Source: Styela clava
Lineage: Eukaryota
Reading direction: 5' to 3'
DNA: 64,000 bases
NCBI RefSeq assembly: GCF_964204865.1
Contig: NC_135252.1
Location: 16,120,001 to 16,184,000, forward strand
The translations under genes and the position numbers were made by a program. Within the stretch, counting starts at the first letter, position 1, and each line of letters opens with the position of its first letter. Under the pieces are notes generated by a model. It saw only the letters and a program-made list of their open reading frames with translations, did not search any database and was not told the origin of the DNA. Positions 27,100-40,962 of the stretch are shown here, piece after piece.

Positions 27100-28552
27100 C
27101 ACTCAGCACTTGATATCTCATAACTGGCATATTGTAACCTCCCCGCTTCAATTTGATTTTATCTAAAAGTTTGTCGCTCTGGAAGTATGTCCACCGACAT
27201 GCGCGCCTGGCTGATTTTCATCATTCCACCGTGAGCTACATGTAACCCTAACAAAAACGATGAAATAAAGGCGCTCCGTAGTATGTGCACCAAGATGGCG
27301 GATACCGGAACGTAGAATGTGTACCAGGTTTGGGTTAGGGCACAATTTTATTCCAATTTTCCCTTTTTCAGTTCTATTACTGTATTACGAGTTTGGGGAC
27401 TAGCCAAATGACTCCTGTAATATTTGTACCAGAAATTATGGCCTAACCCCAACCTGGTACACATACTACGTTCCGGTGTCTGCCATAATGGTGCACATAC
27501 TACGGGAGTACCAGAATAAATTTTATCTTCTTTAGTTTTTATCGCGATTTCATTGTTTCTGGCTACAAAATTAATCGCGAATGGCCTTAATTAATACCTA
27601 TTACTTAAGTCGTTCAAAGACAGGTCGGATGTAGAAATGCCGTATGACGAAATCTCTCGTACGCTAGTTTCCATGCACGTTATCCCATAAAATGAATTTG
27701 TTTCTCATCCGCTTACTATTCAAATCAGGTAGTTGGCTATGCAAACCATACACATAAAAATGTTTGGCACGCGAAAGTGCTCATTATTCATATACTGGCA
27801 CGCCGGGTTCAAAAGGTTGCCGACCCCTGCTGTATGGTATATAACTCAATGGACCTTTACCCGAGCATCGACTTCTTTGTTTACTTCGCGACATTGGCTA
27901 ATCAGCAGGATGCAAAAAGTGACGTAACAATGCTTCATTTTCACATCCGCCAAAGTGCCCCCCCCCCCATTCTTTCGATGCCGCTACAGTTGGCAATATA
28001 CCTTGCGATTCAAATAATTTTATTTATCACTAAATGCTGAAAATTGCGCAATCGCTTGTCAAAGAGAAAAGGTGTCTAACTTAAATATCAGAATTATCAC
28101 GAAAAAAAAGCATCATCATCAGGGCCGTACATAAAACGACGCCGTTGTGTGTAAGTAGAAGGTAGAATTTTTTTTCAAACAGGCTGTTACGAGCCTCGAC
28201 CCCCCCTCTGAATGCACCCCTGCACAATAAAAATACATTTGGCATCGCATAGGATAATAGCATTTAGATATTTGAGAATATACCAAGATTGGCAGCTTGA
28301 CAGTAAAATAATTAAACTGATCCCTCCTTATTTTCAACTGGATTGAACTCTCCTTATTTGTTTATCCTAAATTCTAGAATGTACTATTTCCATAAACTGT
28401 TCCATATGTTTGTGAATGTATGCAAATATAGTTTATATATATGTATTCAATATATTTATAAGCTTTTACTTACAGAAACAGCATATGTTTCAATGCACGA
28501 ATGAATGCTGCAAATAAATAATGTTGCAAATTGCGTAATGAACAATCTAGAA

Positions 28553-29629
28553 CAGTGGTTCTCAACCTTTTGCAGTTCCCGATGCGTCCACAAACGTGGT
28601 TGGCGCAAGGAGACGCAACAGATAATTGCCAGACATTGCGTGAACGACCCTGTGACGAGAACCACTTTGCGAAAATTGAAATACTACCGAATAAATGAGT
28701 TTGTATACCTTCGAAAAACTCTATTTAAAAATAAATGAGTTTGTATAACGTTGGAAAACTCTCACTTTAACCTTAAGAACAAAGTCTGCTAAGCATAAAT
28801 TAACCGAACAGTTTTAACCGTAATAACATTTATTTAAGGAGAAATATGTCAATACAGAAACACAAAATTCTTAGTATGGGGTCATAACAGATTAGTTTTG
28901 ACATCATTGCATCTGAGGGGTCTTGCAATTAACATAGCCTGTCTCGTCGTTTAACTCAGGTTGCCCCTGATGTAAGTATATTTTTCATTATCGTACCACA
29001 CCTGTTTTGCCGGTGGCTGCCTTGATTAAATAAATTTCATGATTTTTCTCACTCGAAACGTCTCTCTGGTATCTCGGATAAATATTCCTCTTAAAATCGT
29101 ATGACTTTGGTATAGATACATACTTGGCAATAGATGTAGGCAATAGAAGTGGAAGTCAAAGCAAGAATTTTTACTTACATTTTGAAAATATAATTCCGGC
29201 AGCGTATGCAGCTGCCAGAACGCAACGTTCTGGCGTAGTTTCACGGCGATGCGAGGGGTATTTTAACAAAAAATATAGAAAAAAAAATGATTCAATACAA
29301 GCCCTTGTTTTAAAACAAGATGTTTTTTCAGAATTGATAAAGTACAAAACCCTAACTATGTGCTATCAAACTCCTTCGTTATGACGTTAGCCCCCGTTAT
29401 GAGGCCATAGACTTAACAAACATCCAGCTGTTCAGAGTTTGAAATGGGCAGAGGACTTCTTACCAAGTTCGGTTGTTAGACGAATACCGGTACTACGAAT
29501 CAATAGGAGTTAAAATAAAATCATAAAACTAATGGATATGCCGTCAATACTTTGTATTTTGCTTATAATAGAAAAAAATTGACGGACCGGCAGCAACGTT
29601 GCCGCGGACCCGGCGGTTGAGAAACACTG
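28553..29629. mobile_element. Duplicate of the 18003..19068 hAT element
   Basis: CAGTGGTTCTCAACC / GGTTGAGAAACACTG, TSD ATCTAGAA. Confidence 0.85.
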
Positions 29630-32600
29630 ATCTAGAATCATTGCAGCATCACTAATGAAGGACAGGTATTAAAACAAAATTATGTAACGTTGAACATTTG
29701 ATGTAAATTTTCAGAGAAATATTACTTATACATCATTTTGTGTCATATATTTTAACACGGTAGAACAAATTGGGTTGTGCATGCCGACCTCGGCTCCTAC
29801 CTGAACATCACCCCTTAAATCATACAAAGCAGTATACTACAAAACTATGTACCCAGATGCCGGTACTGTACTTGGCATCTACGTTTCCTTAGAATGCCGT
29901 TCTCATGATTACCTCACTTGACGGTGCCCGGAGTCGAATTTTTGTATGTAATGAGTGTTTTATTTTCTTTCTTGTTGTTGCTGTTTTAATTTACATTGTT
30001 TGACTTAATACATGATGGTGAAAAAATAAAAGACTGATTAGTTACGGCCCTCTAATTTCGAGCAACTGCTCAATCTCTTTGCAAACCGTTTGTTGGCATT
30101 AAACAAAACGGTGATATTATTTACATACTATATTTCTAAATAAACTTTGCTTGCCCCTTTAGATGGGCAGAGTCGTGATGATTATATTAAAGGCGTCGGT
30201 ATAACTTTATATTGTGCGTGGAATGAGTGACTGCTATTTAAAACTTTGATACATATGTTTATCGAAAGCGCACGTAGTGAGTATTTTTGTCTCGACAAAT
30301 AATATAAAGTTTCTTCTAACAATATCGACATTTGTCAAAATACTACACTGAAACTTTCTATGGAATATAATACCAATGAGCTCCAATTTCCACTGAATAT
30401 AACTTGGTAAATAATTTTGGTTAACATTTTGAGCTAAATTATTCGACATTATCTACTATAAGCATAATAAATAATTGGTTTCAAGGTGATTATGTACCAA
30501 TATAATGACATTTTTACGTTGGCATTACATTGAAATGATTCGGTCATTCAATATACAACGTGAGGCAAATCAACGCATTTCATTTTGTAAAAAATAGACA
30601 AGAATAGGCTTTTTCAAATTTTCATTACATACTTAATAAGACATTTGATGCCATTTTTTTGGAAGAAACGTCTTACAATACACCCTGAAAATTTTCATCA
30701 CCCTCTGAGTGATTTTCCGTGGAATTCCATTCATTGTTTTGCAAATAGCAGCTTCCAGTCCATCAATGGTCTTGATCGGTTCTTGTACACCTCGCCCTTT
30801 AATTTACTCCAACAGAAAATAATGAGGAAATAATAAATAAGGTGAAGGGTCCTCAATCCATTGATTTTTTTTTTGCTGTATGGGAAGTTAGTCGAAACGA
30901 TACTTTTGCATTTTAATTCTTAAATATTGACACCATGCAGTATCCGCACATAAAGAGCTGAAGTAAGCAAAACCGTTTTTTTCTCCTTCAACTGCACACC
31001 ACACCCTCATGCCCTCGCTATGGAGAGGCTTTTTATGAAGCTCTCGAGGGTTTCTTCCTGCCTAGTACCAAAAAGTTTACTCATTGACAAAGCCAGATAA
31101 ATTAAAATGGGATCCGTCACTGGTAATCAGAATATCATTTGCAAGAATATTTTCAGTTACATAGGCTACTCTCTAATAGTGATAGAACATTTCACGATAA
31201 GTGCACGACGTTTACCTGCCCAAGCCATAAATATGCATCAACGATTTTTATGAAATTGATAATAAATCACTCGTTATTGAAATCTCACCCTGTAAAATTT
31301 GTATAAAGAAATTATTTAAAACTAAATAATCCTATTACATAGTAAGCCTATCAGTATTCTAAACATGCGTTTTCAATTGTTAAGAACAACATGTAGTTAC
31401 ATAGTTAAATAAAACTTACATTCTTACCAAACTAGAGGGCCCCATTTGCTAAACTTCGTAAAAAGTGAGTTTTACGAGCACACAGCTGTGTCTCTCAAAA
31501 ATACAATAGTGAAATCTCTTATTTGCAATTCGCGAAAGATCTCACAAACACTTGATGCACGGTTAATTAAATACATTCTCCGGAAATCTCACGCACGATC
31601 GTTGGTGAACAAGTAAATTATCACGCAACAGTTTGACTTTGCCCCGTCAGTCACCTGGGTAGGGCAAGTATAGTTTGTAACAACTCGCTGGCTTGCTTTG
31701 CAATCATTCACTTAAACCTGGTAATCATGCCGCTAGACAAGACATAGAAATGGTTCCGTATTTTGGGACCATCAAATCTTTGGGAAATGTCTTTTCCCGT
31801 TCGACGCAGCGTGGGGAAAAGCTATACGATGCCGTTTCGTTGGTTTAAAAAGATAGGTACTCATGTAGTATGTGAACCGAGAAGGCGGACGCCGGAACGT
31901 GGTGCGTGTGCAGGGTTGGGGTAAAACAATAATTTCAGGTACAAATACTACGGGAGTCACTTGGCTAATCCCCGAACTCGTAATAGAACTAAAATGGGAA
32001 AAATTAGAATATAATTATGTCCTTACCATCATGGTGCACATACTACGGGAGCGCCAAAAGATGAGACCCTAGTTGGGGCGTTGGAGTTCTAGAACAGAAT
32101 CAGTAAACCCATAAAGTTGTATCTTAAAAAATAGTTCTTTTGATTGAGACCATTGAAGCAAATGGCAGTCAAACAAACGACTGTCAAATCGACGGACAAC
32201 AAATCGTCGTGAACGTTTTAATTAACTAATTTTGTTGTACCTTCGATTCTCAATGAGCGAGAAAAGGTTGTGCGATGTTGTTTTATTGAAATGATAGAAA
32301 GGGATGAAATAAAGAATACTAATTATCATGACATTCGAGCCGAGAAAGACACGAAAAGTGCAACTGTGGAAGACCTTGTTATACCAAATGACCGTTCAAC
32401 GGTTATATTGCTTATTATTTAGTGTCGTTATCAAATTTCTGGTTACCTATTTTGTATTGCGTGATAGAGAAAAGTCAATTTAACGTTAGCTGGGAAAGAA
32501 AACGGTAATCAAATTAGCACTGACAGAATTGTTGTTCCGAGCCTCTGTTGATTATCACAAATAGTTAATAGCAGTCACGATTGTTTTATTTATATTCATT

Positions 32601-32681
32601 TTCTGAACAAGTATAATAAACATACCAAGGGTAGTAACAATGAAAAACAAACCGAACTATATTGAATTACTCACTCAGTCA

Positions 32682-32778
32682 TGACTCATGAAATACGCAA
32701 CCGCCAATACTATATAAATTAGCAGTTGCGAGCTAGTCTGCACATCATCTTCTATACAACTCAACAGGAACTTCTAAG
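32682..32778 (+). promoter_or_regulatory. Core promoter and exon 1 of AMP copy A2
   Basis: TGACTCA 32682..32688, TATATAAA 32711..32718, donor at 32778/32779. Confidence 0.62.
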
Positions 32779-32865
32779 GTTGGTGTGAAAACTGTTTGAA
32801 AATTTTGAAACTTGCGTATATAAACAAACCTCTTTGTTAACTCGCCGAAATTTTATTTCAACCAG

Positions 32866-34034
32866 ATGAATTTAAAGCTTCTCACTATTTTGCTTCTCGT
32901 TGTCTTGTTGACAATCGACCTTGGTGACTCATGGGGACGCAGAAGACGCCGACGAGGTGGTAGGGGAAGAGGAAGAAGCGTCTGGAGAAGGGCTAAAAAA
33001 GCTATCAGGAAAGTTGGCAAATTCTACAAGAGAAACAGGTTGGTCGGAAAACTTGGTATCGCACTCAAAGAAACATATTTTTTTAAAAGCAATCACTTCG
33101 GAAAGTTAACAATATTCGAAAGTAATAAAATTTGTTGTCAAAGTTGGATTTCTTATTCAAATATATCTAGCCCTATCACAATACAACCTCCACACAACAA
33201 TGTGAAGTGTTAGACAAACGAATAAATACTCAAAAATGCAAGCAAGCTGAGAGCATTGATATATATTTGTAAGTCCATTTTCGAAAAATGACAAAATTAT
33301 TTCAACATAAGAGATCCGGATGTAATGAACCTCGGACTCTAAAAAACAAGTCACGAATTATAGCTAAACAAGAACACTGTCAACATTTTACAGGAAAACC
33401 ATTCATAGAGTTGGAAGAATAGTACTTCGTGGAGCAGCCGCGTATGACAACGAAGACCAGAATAACTTAAATCAGCTTAAGAATCAGGTAATGTCGACAA
33501 AAATTGCTGAAATAAAAAACGAAAACTATGTCCTTTTATAATACTTCTATATCTGCTTCATCTTTCATCATCAGTATATACCACAGTGTGCAAATAGATC
33601 AATTGTATGATTTGTTAAATCTTTTCGAGAATCTGGAATCTTATCAAGAGTACCTGGACAACATGGAAGAAGCAATGAATGAAATGTATCCGGAAGAAGA
33701 CATTGATCAACTTACGGAAGCATTGGACAGTGTCGTTGACATGAACGACGGTTTGTATTTTCTAATGAAATAAAAGAACTATTATCAGTCACAAAAATGG
33801 CCATTCGGTGACGAACACCCTAATTTAAGACATGGTCTGCAAAGCTGTAAACACGATCAACAAACAACTGCTTTCAAATCCATGAATCCTTATCCTTTCA
33901 TAATCTTCATAAAATAATAATAATGTTTTCCAATTTCAGAAGATCTTAAAGATTTATATGCGACTGCAAACGAGGAGATGCATGAAGTTAGGCCAATTCA
34001 ATACAATTCAAATGCCAGATGGGTTCAAAGATGA
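32866..34034 (+). CDS. Styelin-related AMP precursor, copy A2 (160 aa; +10-nt frameshift in last exon)
   Basis: join(32866..33038,33394..33487,33630..33750,33940..34034). Cationic region WGRRRRRRGGRGRGRSVWRRAKKAIRKVGKFYKRNRKTIHRVGRIVLRG. The exon-4 acceptor is GAG. The last exon reads EDLKDLYATANEEMHEVRPIQYNSNARWVQR*, and the ancestral stop at 34063..34065 is now out of frame. Confidence 0.8.
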
Positions 34035-35051
34035 ATTGGCGATGAGAGTTGCAAATCTTGCGTAATCTTCTCATCCCACTTATCGGCAATTTACTTTTAT
34101 ATTCTCAAAAATATTTGAATACATTCGAACAGTTCGGAACATGATGCAGTTTTTGATTATGAGCAAAATGGGCGTCATCTTGAAGTTCAATGGCTTTTTA
34201 TTTTCAAATAAATGCCTGCTTTTTAATAGTACTGTATACCATATTCAGAAAAATTCATCAAAAGACCTACGCGATTCACTTCAATTTGTTACTGTTTGAA
34301 AATGTATTTTTAAAAGGTAAAATAAAATCTTTGTCGGAAAACTCTTGTGGATATTTCACCTATATATACAGCGTTGGAAAGAATCGAGAGACCCTTCTCA
34401 AATATTCGACGAGTCATTCGAATGAAAAGATTTGACTCGAACTAGGAATTCAATAACCGACAGAAAGACTTGTCTTGAAAATAGCAAAAAAAAATTAGAT
34501 CAAATACGATTTACATCGTAAATCAATGTTCTATTCGGGAAATCAAACATTTACATAACATAGTTGCTTCGAAATCTCTTTCGACATGCCAGAACTTAGA
34601 AATCATTTTAAAAATATTGTGATGCAACAATAAAATATAGGAATTCTGAAGGACAACTGATTCTCTGCAAAACAGGACTGTGGAGTCGGGAATCAAAGTC
34701 ACAGTTTGACATGCTTTCACCAAAGTCAGAGTCCCGGAAACCGAACTCCCCGGAGTCATGAGTTGGAGTCGAAAATCTGTATTCCTCGGAGTCGGAATTG
34801 CAGATTTTCAATGATGATAAAAGAAGTCATATTTTCAACGGAAACACAAAAGACGCCAAATTAATATGCAACATATATATATATTTGCTGTTAATCTGTA
34901 TAAATAAAATTGCTCAATTGAAATTTGAGTTCGTTACATGTCTCAAGACGGCGCTGCAGAGCTACTGTGAGTTACATTTAACTCCAGTCATTCTTCGAGT
35001 AAGATTGACCATTATCGGACACGAAATGGGCCTCTGTATCTTTTTGCTATT

Positions 35052-35928
35052 ATTGGACACGTTTATTGGACACGTTTAGTGGCCATAACGATCGTTTCAA
35101 TATTATGTTGTTGTTCTTGTTCTTTGACACGTTTTTAAAAAGTCGCTTTTCTCTTCGAATACTGGACCAAATGCTTTGAAATTTTCAGTGGTTAAAGATT
35201 AATTTTTTCGCTAGAAGGCTATTACTTTTATTTATTTCAAAATTTTGCGTGAATTCTATGAAATTTGATATTTCGTTTAAAATTTTGCTGTATTATTTTT
35301 TATCCATGGGAACACGGATTTTAGTCAGTGTCGTGACTGGCTGTACGTTTTGATTCTGCAAAATTCTTGCTACTGAAAATTCAGAACTTTTTTGAGGGTA
35401 CCGGTAGCGTCAAAGGTACCGGTAAGGACTGATTCGCTCTGGTCTAACGTGTCCATATATTTGTGCGTAGCTCTCTTGTGTTCTTAAACCATGCAGATAG
35501 ACACTATAGAAATCAAGCAAGCAGTGCCTAAGTATAAGGACCCAAATGTTTCGCATCATAGGATAGGATTTACATATTTATCCCGGGGGAGAAGAAAAGC
35601 CGATAGGACGACTTGATCATATGGCGAACCACGGCCTCTTGTCTGGTTCCCAGTCCAGGTCGGGTATGGGATTAGTTAGCCAATTATTGGACACGTAGTG
35701 GACATAACGATCGTTTCAATATTATGTTGTTGTTGTTGTTGTTCTTTGACACGTTTTTAAAAAGTCGCTTTTCTCTTCGAATACTGGACCTATTGCTTTG
35801 ATTTTCAGTGGTTAAAGATAAAATTTTTCTCCAGAAGGCTATTACTTTTTTTTTCGCTATGACGTCATCAAAATTATTGCCATTGGGTGGCGCTACGTGT
35901 CCATATATTTGAGCATAGCTCTCTTGTT
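35052..35928. repeat. Interspersed repeat cluster (TTATTGGACACG...GTCCATATATTTGAGCATAGCTCTCTTGT family); another copy in paralogue-B intron 2 at ~58373..58628
   Basis: Two tandem or nested copies here, largely deleted in the paralogous blocks. Includes (TTG)n and a ~140-bp repeat (35560..35690) also seen inverted at ~13190..13345. Confidence 0.6.
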
Positions 35929-38039
35929 ATGGTTGTTCTTGTTGGCATTTTTTTGCTTTTGTTGTTGTAAAAAAATCGCCTTTCTCATTAACTATCTGAC
36001 CGATTATTTTGAAATTTACAGTGGCTGAAATTGTTGTTGTCGTAGAAGGCTGTTACTTTAATTTATTTCAAAAATAGCTGTAAGCTCTATGCAGGGCCGG
36101 GTTACTATAATTTTAATTATGAACGGATAATTTGAAGGCATTTTTTGGAATATAAACGATTTAAAATAAAAATGATATTTGATTTTGTTTCTGTTCAGAA
36201 GGTTAAAAAATTAATATACGGCCGGATAAATAATTTTTTTCTAAATTTGATAAACTTTACTCTCTATTAATGACGTCATCTTCAAAAAGGGACTCACGTA
36301 TGACATCACCAAGCCCCTCAACGTATAAATCCGGCCCTGACTCAAAGGGAATCGTTTGTTTTTGTGTAGTGATGTTAAAAAATTAAAAATTACTTTAGCG
36401 TTTCGCGACCACATGTCACCGATCTCTTGGTCAACGAACACGGGAGTTTTTATTAAGCTGAAAGTAGGCTATCGGTTCTGTAAAATATTTGCTACTACAG
36501 TTGTGACTCCAGTCATTTGGTATTTCAATTCACGTTGAAATTGAATGCATGATCATCATCGTTAAAAAAACTGGGAAAGTTAGGACAGTCCGGGTACCGG
36601 TACTTTGGTACTGGTAAGTTACGGTAGCTGTTCCACAGTTGCAGCTTCGTTCAGGATGATTTTGGAGCGGATTTGAATTTTCGATTTGGCTTTCGTGTCA
36701 ATATATTTGATCATTGCTCTCGTGTTTATATTTATCCTGCTATGGCTAACGTCGACCTGGTTTCGATGCAAATATAGCAAAGACATTGGTCTAACTCTAA
36801 GCTAATGCGTTGGCATGATGTGTATTTTTGTATTCGATAGAAGAAGGCTAGCCAGTTATAGCATCGGCCATATTGAAAAAATATGCTAATTTAGATACCC
36901 TGCTATTTGATAAGCCAGTAGTCACGACCGGAAAGCGATTCAATAATCTGCTGCTGCTCGATCCCCGCCTTACATTGAGTTCAGCTATAGAATATTCTTC
37001 TTTCGCCTTTGTTACGTCATTTTGCTCCAAATCACGTTCACAATAATTAACGTAGCTTGCTTTATTTGCATGCAAACCTCAAACAGACGAGTTATTGAAA
37101 TGGATTTTTGGTTCATATATTCCATATTAATTAAGAAGAGAACAAATCCATACGTGAGGTGAGGTAAATTTTCATCTATTTAAACCGTTTTTTCATCATA
37201 TCTGCCGAAAAGAAATCTTTTTGAGAGCTTGAAACATCGATACGATTAGGTACCATAAATTCACCAATAAAACACAAGATATTAAATAGGTAATTTTTTT
37301 TTATATTGTCTCTCTCATGCAGGACGTGTATTGTAGTGGGCATGAAAACAATTTTTTTATTTTTAATATATTAAATAATGTATACTGGTCAGCGCAATGA
37401 GTAAGTTTTCACAGCTTATCTGAGTTTAATATATATATATATATATGATCCAAATTTGTAAATCATTATTACGCTTCACAGCTGATTGTATGTATATTGG
37501 TTTTGCCTTCTATATAAAAATAAAATTCGGCCATATGGAATATGGCCGTGGAATTCATACATTTGCTTCAATGCTAAAAGGTTTCAATGATAGTTATCGT
37601 AGGGCTGTGTAGTGCATATTCGATAGCAATTCTCTGAATAAATATATACTATGTCAATCGCTTTTACACTCATAAGAAATATTTCCTCCCAATTTCTCCT
37701 TTTTTTAACTCTTTTAACTCTAACTAATTCATTTTATTCTCTCATTTCTTCCGTCTGACTTTTCACGATTTGGAGAACAACTGCGTGCGCATCAAACGAT
37801 CTTTTCAAAGCAGCTTGTAATATTTTGCTAATCTGAGGTGGCTCGGTTTATTTTTGTTTTTCTTGGGTGATCAAATATAAATATCATCCGACTATTCCTG
37901 AAAATGAATGTACATAAAATGCATCGAAATTAGTAAGTTACCTCAACAAAGATGATAATTGTTAGTATTTATTGTTGTCAAAATTGAGATGAACAATGTT
38001 GAGCCAAAAAGGAAGAAATACAAATTGTACCTAAGAGTT

Positions 38040-39405
38040 ACAAACCCTACCTATATCAAATCTGCTGAACAGATGTATAAAAAATCACCATCTTCCAGAG
38101 TTCGATAATTCCAAATTTTTATTTATAAAATATATGCAGAATTGTGGAATAGAGGGGTCTATAGCGTTTGATATATTAAAATTGTTCAAACTTCCTTTAA
38201 ATTTTTGGTAACCTTTTAAACGTTGTTAGACAATAATAAGTCACGAAACAATTGAAAAATATTAGTTTCATACTCCTATGACGCAGCATGTATGACCCAG
38301 GCCAGGAAAATAGCATTCTCACCATCAAAAGGGAACTTGTTGATAGACCTATGCCAGTTTTCATAGCTTATCTAACTATATATCAAAGTCTCAACCATGA
38401 TTTCTTTCGCCGATTTCTATCATATCCGCTACAAAAAGTGTGAAAACAATTGGGACATGCTTGTATGAAGTTTCGTTTCGTTATTTGTTTCTTAAAAATA
38501 ACATGCCGAGCAAACATATGGATATATGTTGCCTCATGTGCGTCAGCGTTATATCCTTTCTGTTTCGAGACATTGAATAAATTTTGAATATAACAAAGCA
38601 ATCATAAACATATGGACACTAATTTATGATAATAAGTAACGAAAATGCGAAAAATAAACGGAATTTCATACCTAATTTAATGAGAAAAAGTTATCAAAGC
38701 AATTTCAAATAAACATTTTCTCTCTCGATTCATTATAGGTACCATAAAAAACATCCATATAAGCGACTCCTCAAGGAGCATTTGAGAACTTGAAATTTAA
38801 TAAACTTTAATTATGATCAATTTGCTCCACAATATCCAATCCTTCAGCTCCACTGCTTGGAAACTTGGCCAATTTCAATTTGCATAAAAATGGTTTGCCT
38901 CAATATATTAATGAGTTGAATAAAAATAATGGGTATTAATGGGCGTATAAAAATAATCATTATATCTAAACGCGAGCCGCGCAACGTGATAAACTACACG
39001 ACTTATCAATTTAATAAAAATAATGACCGATGATTCGATATAAAGAGCGTTCGCCCAGAAGTTGATTCACAACAACCTAGTTTGATGATCTGAGAAACCA
39101 GATTACTCAAGGTAAGTGATCTGAATATTTTCACGACATCTTCACTGGACGGCTTCGACGTCAAAAATTGTAGTTTTCACTCAAATATATTGCTGTGATT
39201 TTGGGATATGATATATATGTGTATAGGATACTTGTATACAAAGCATATTTGTGTATGAAAAGTATGCATAACATAAAACATTCACGAAAGAGTATAATAG
39301 GGTATTAATATCGTACGTCTTAGCTTAGCTTATATTCTAAATATCCTGTTCTAACACAGAAACACTGCAAGGTTTAAAGATGAAAAAATACCAATTACTG
39401 ACATT
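38040..39405 (+). pseudogene. 5' fragment of paralogue B (promoter, exon 1 and part of intron 1; no CDS)
   Basis: Near-identical to ~56700..58000. TATAAA 39039..39044, donor AAG|GTAAGT at 39111/39112. Homology stops at ~39405, about 70 bp before the coding exon would begin. Confidence 0.75.
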
Positions 39406-40962
39406 CAATCGTGGAACGTCTGTGGCGATTACAATGAGTTTTCTATCCATTGTTGAGTCATCAATGGTTTCATTAACCATTATAGTTTACTGAAAATAGT
39501 CATAGTTCGCCCAGGGTCGGCTCGCTACGCATGAGTGATGCGTTACTACGTCATCAGTTTGCTATATTATGAAGCTTACGGAAGAGGATTTCCGTTTGAA
39601 TTTATTTGCGTATTTGGAATGGTTTTGTTGGTTGAAATAACTGAAAAGATATACATAGATGTACTGAGGCATTAGGATAAAGTAGGAGGTCGTGGCATCT
39701 GCCAATCATCTCTGCGTCGGTACTCGGTACCATAAGCTATCAAAGTGGAGTAGGGGCAGAGTATTTCTGATTTTCTGTGATTGCATTTATTGGATGGTAA
39801 TTGAAGGTTTATACCAGGATAATAGCACAAAAGTAGGAATTCAGTTACTCCCAGGTAGGGATGGGCAATAAAGAATACCGAATCCGGAGGATTTGAATCC
39901 CCGGGACTCGGTTTTCGGCGCCGATTTTGTATTTCGGATTTATAATTTATTAATCTGTCTCGCGTGATTATACTTGTGTTTTCTTGCAAAGAGCTCGCAA
40001 ACGCGTTTGCGTCAGATATCGAAAACCGTAATCCCAGTTTGAATATTTAGAACCCGAAGACGGCGTTATTGCACCATTTTATTGATTATCATCGATTTTT
40101 CGAATGCAACAATCTTATTTTTTTGGAATAGTATAACATTCTTTATTTTATATTAAATGACTTTTCGAGTTCTCCCGGAAAATGATGAATACTCGACGTT
40201 AGATGATAAAACATTATTTGCGATTAATTTAGATCAAATTTTGCTTTTCACGACATCAGGTTTCCAAAAATACGAAGTTATAACACAAAACAATGCGCTT
40301 TGTTTATTTTTGCGCTCCCAACATATATCTTGGATTTCGATTCGCTGATGAATCCTTTCCTATCGCTTAAGAGCGACACACGCCTGGCCGGGTGTCGGAC
40401 GGTATTTTAGTCGACGATAAATTAAAAAAGTTGGGATGATAACTGGAAATAAAAATTTGGTAACAGAAATGAACTTGTCCCAAGATATTAATATATATAT
40501 GAGTTTGGCTCTCAGAAGCAATCGTTTTCTGTCAAAGGCACAAGACATTCAAACAATATATAACGATCATATCATATCAGTCCGATAACCTACATCCTCC
40601 TTAGGGTTCCAATACATTTGAACCCACGCCATTTGCACCTGTATACTACTGCAGCTATGGAAATTTTTTTAGTTTTGCGGATATTTGAACCCATACTAAC
40701 CCTAACCCATGGATTTTAGCACCTGTATATAGATTGAACCCGCGCATATACACATGGGTTCAAATGTACGGTCACCCCTCCGCAGACACACACGCAACAA
40801 TATCGCGTTGAGAGAATACCATGGCGCATCACTCAAGCGTAACGAGAGAACTGTGTAACATAAATAAACAAAGACGAAAAAAGCGTGAACCAACTATATT
40901 AAGTTAACTATGATTGAGGTGTATATGTATACTGTGTATCGTATAATATATATACTGTATGA

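Larger units (their letters stand above)
27200..38000. repeat. More diverged tandem duplicate of ~16195..26790 containing AMP copy A2
   Basis: TGCGCGCCTGGCTGATTTTCATC occurs at ~16195 and ~27200. The same transposon order recurs, with more substitutions and indels than in the 39-55 kb copy. Confidence 0.88.
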
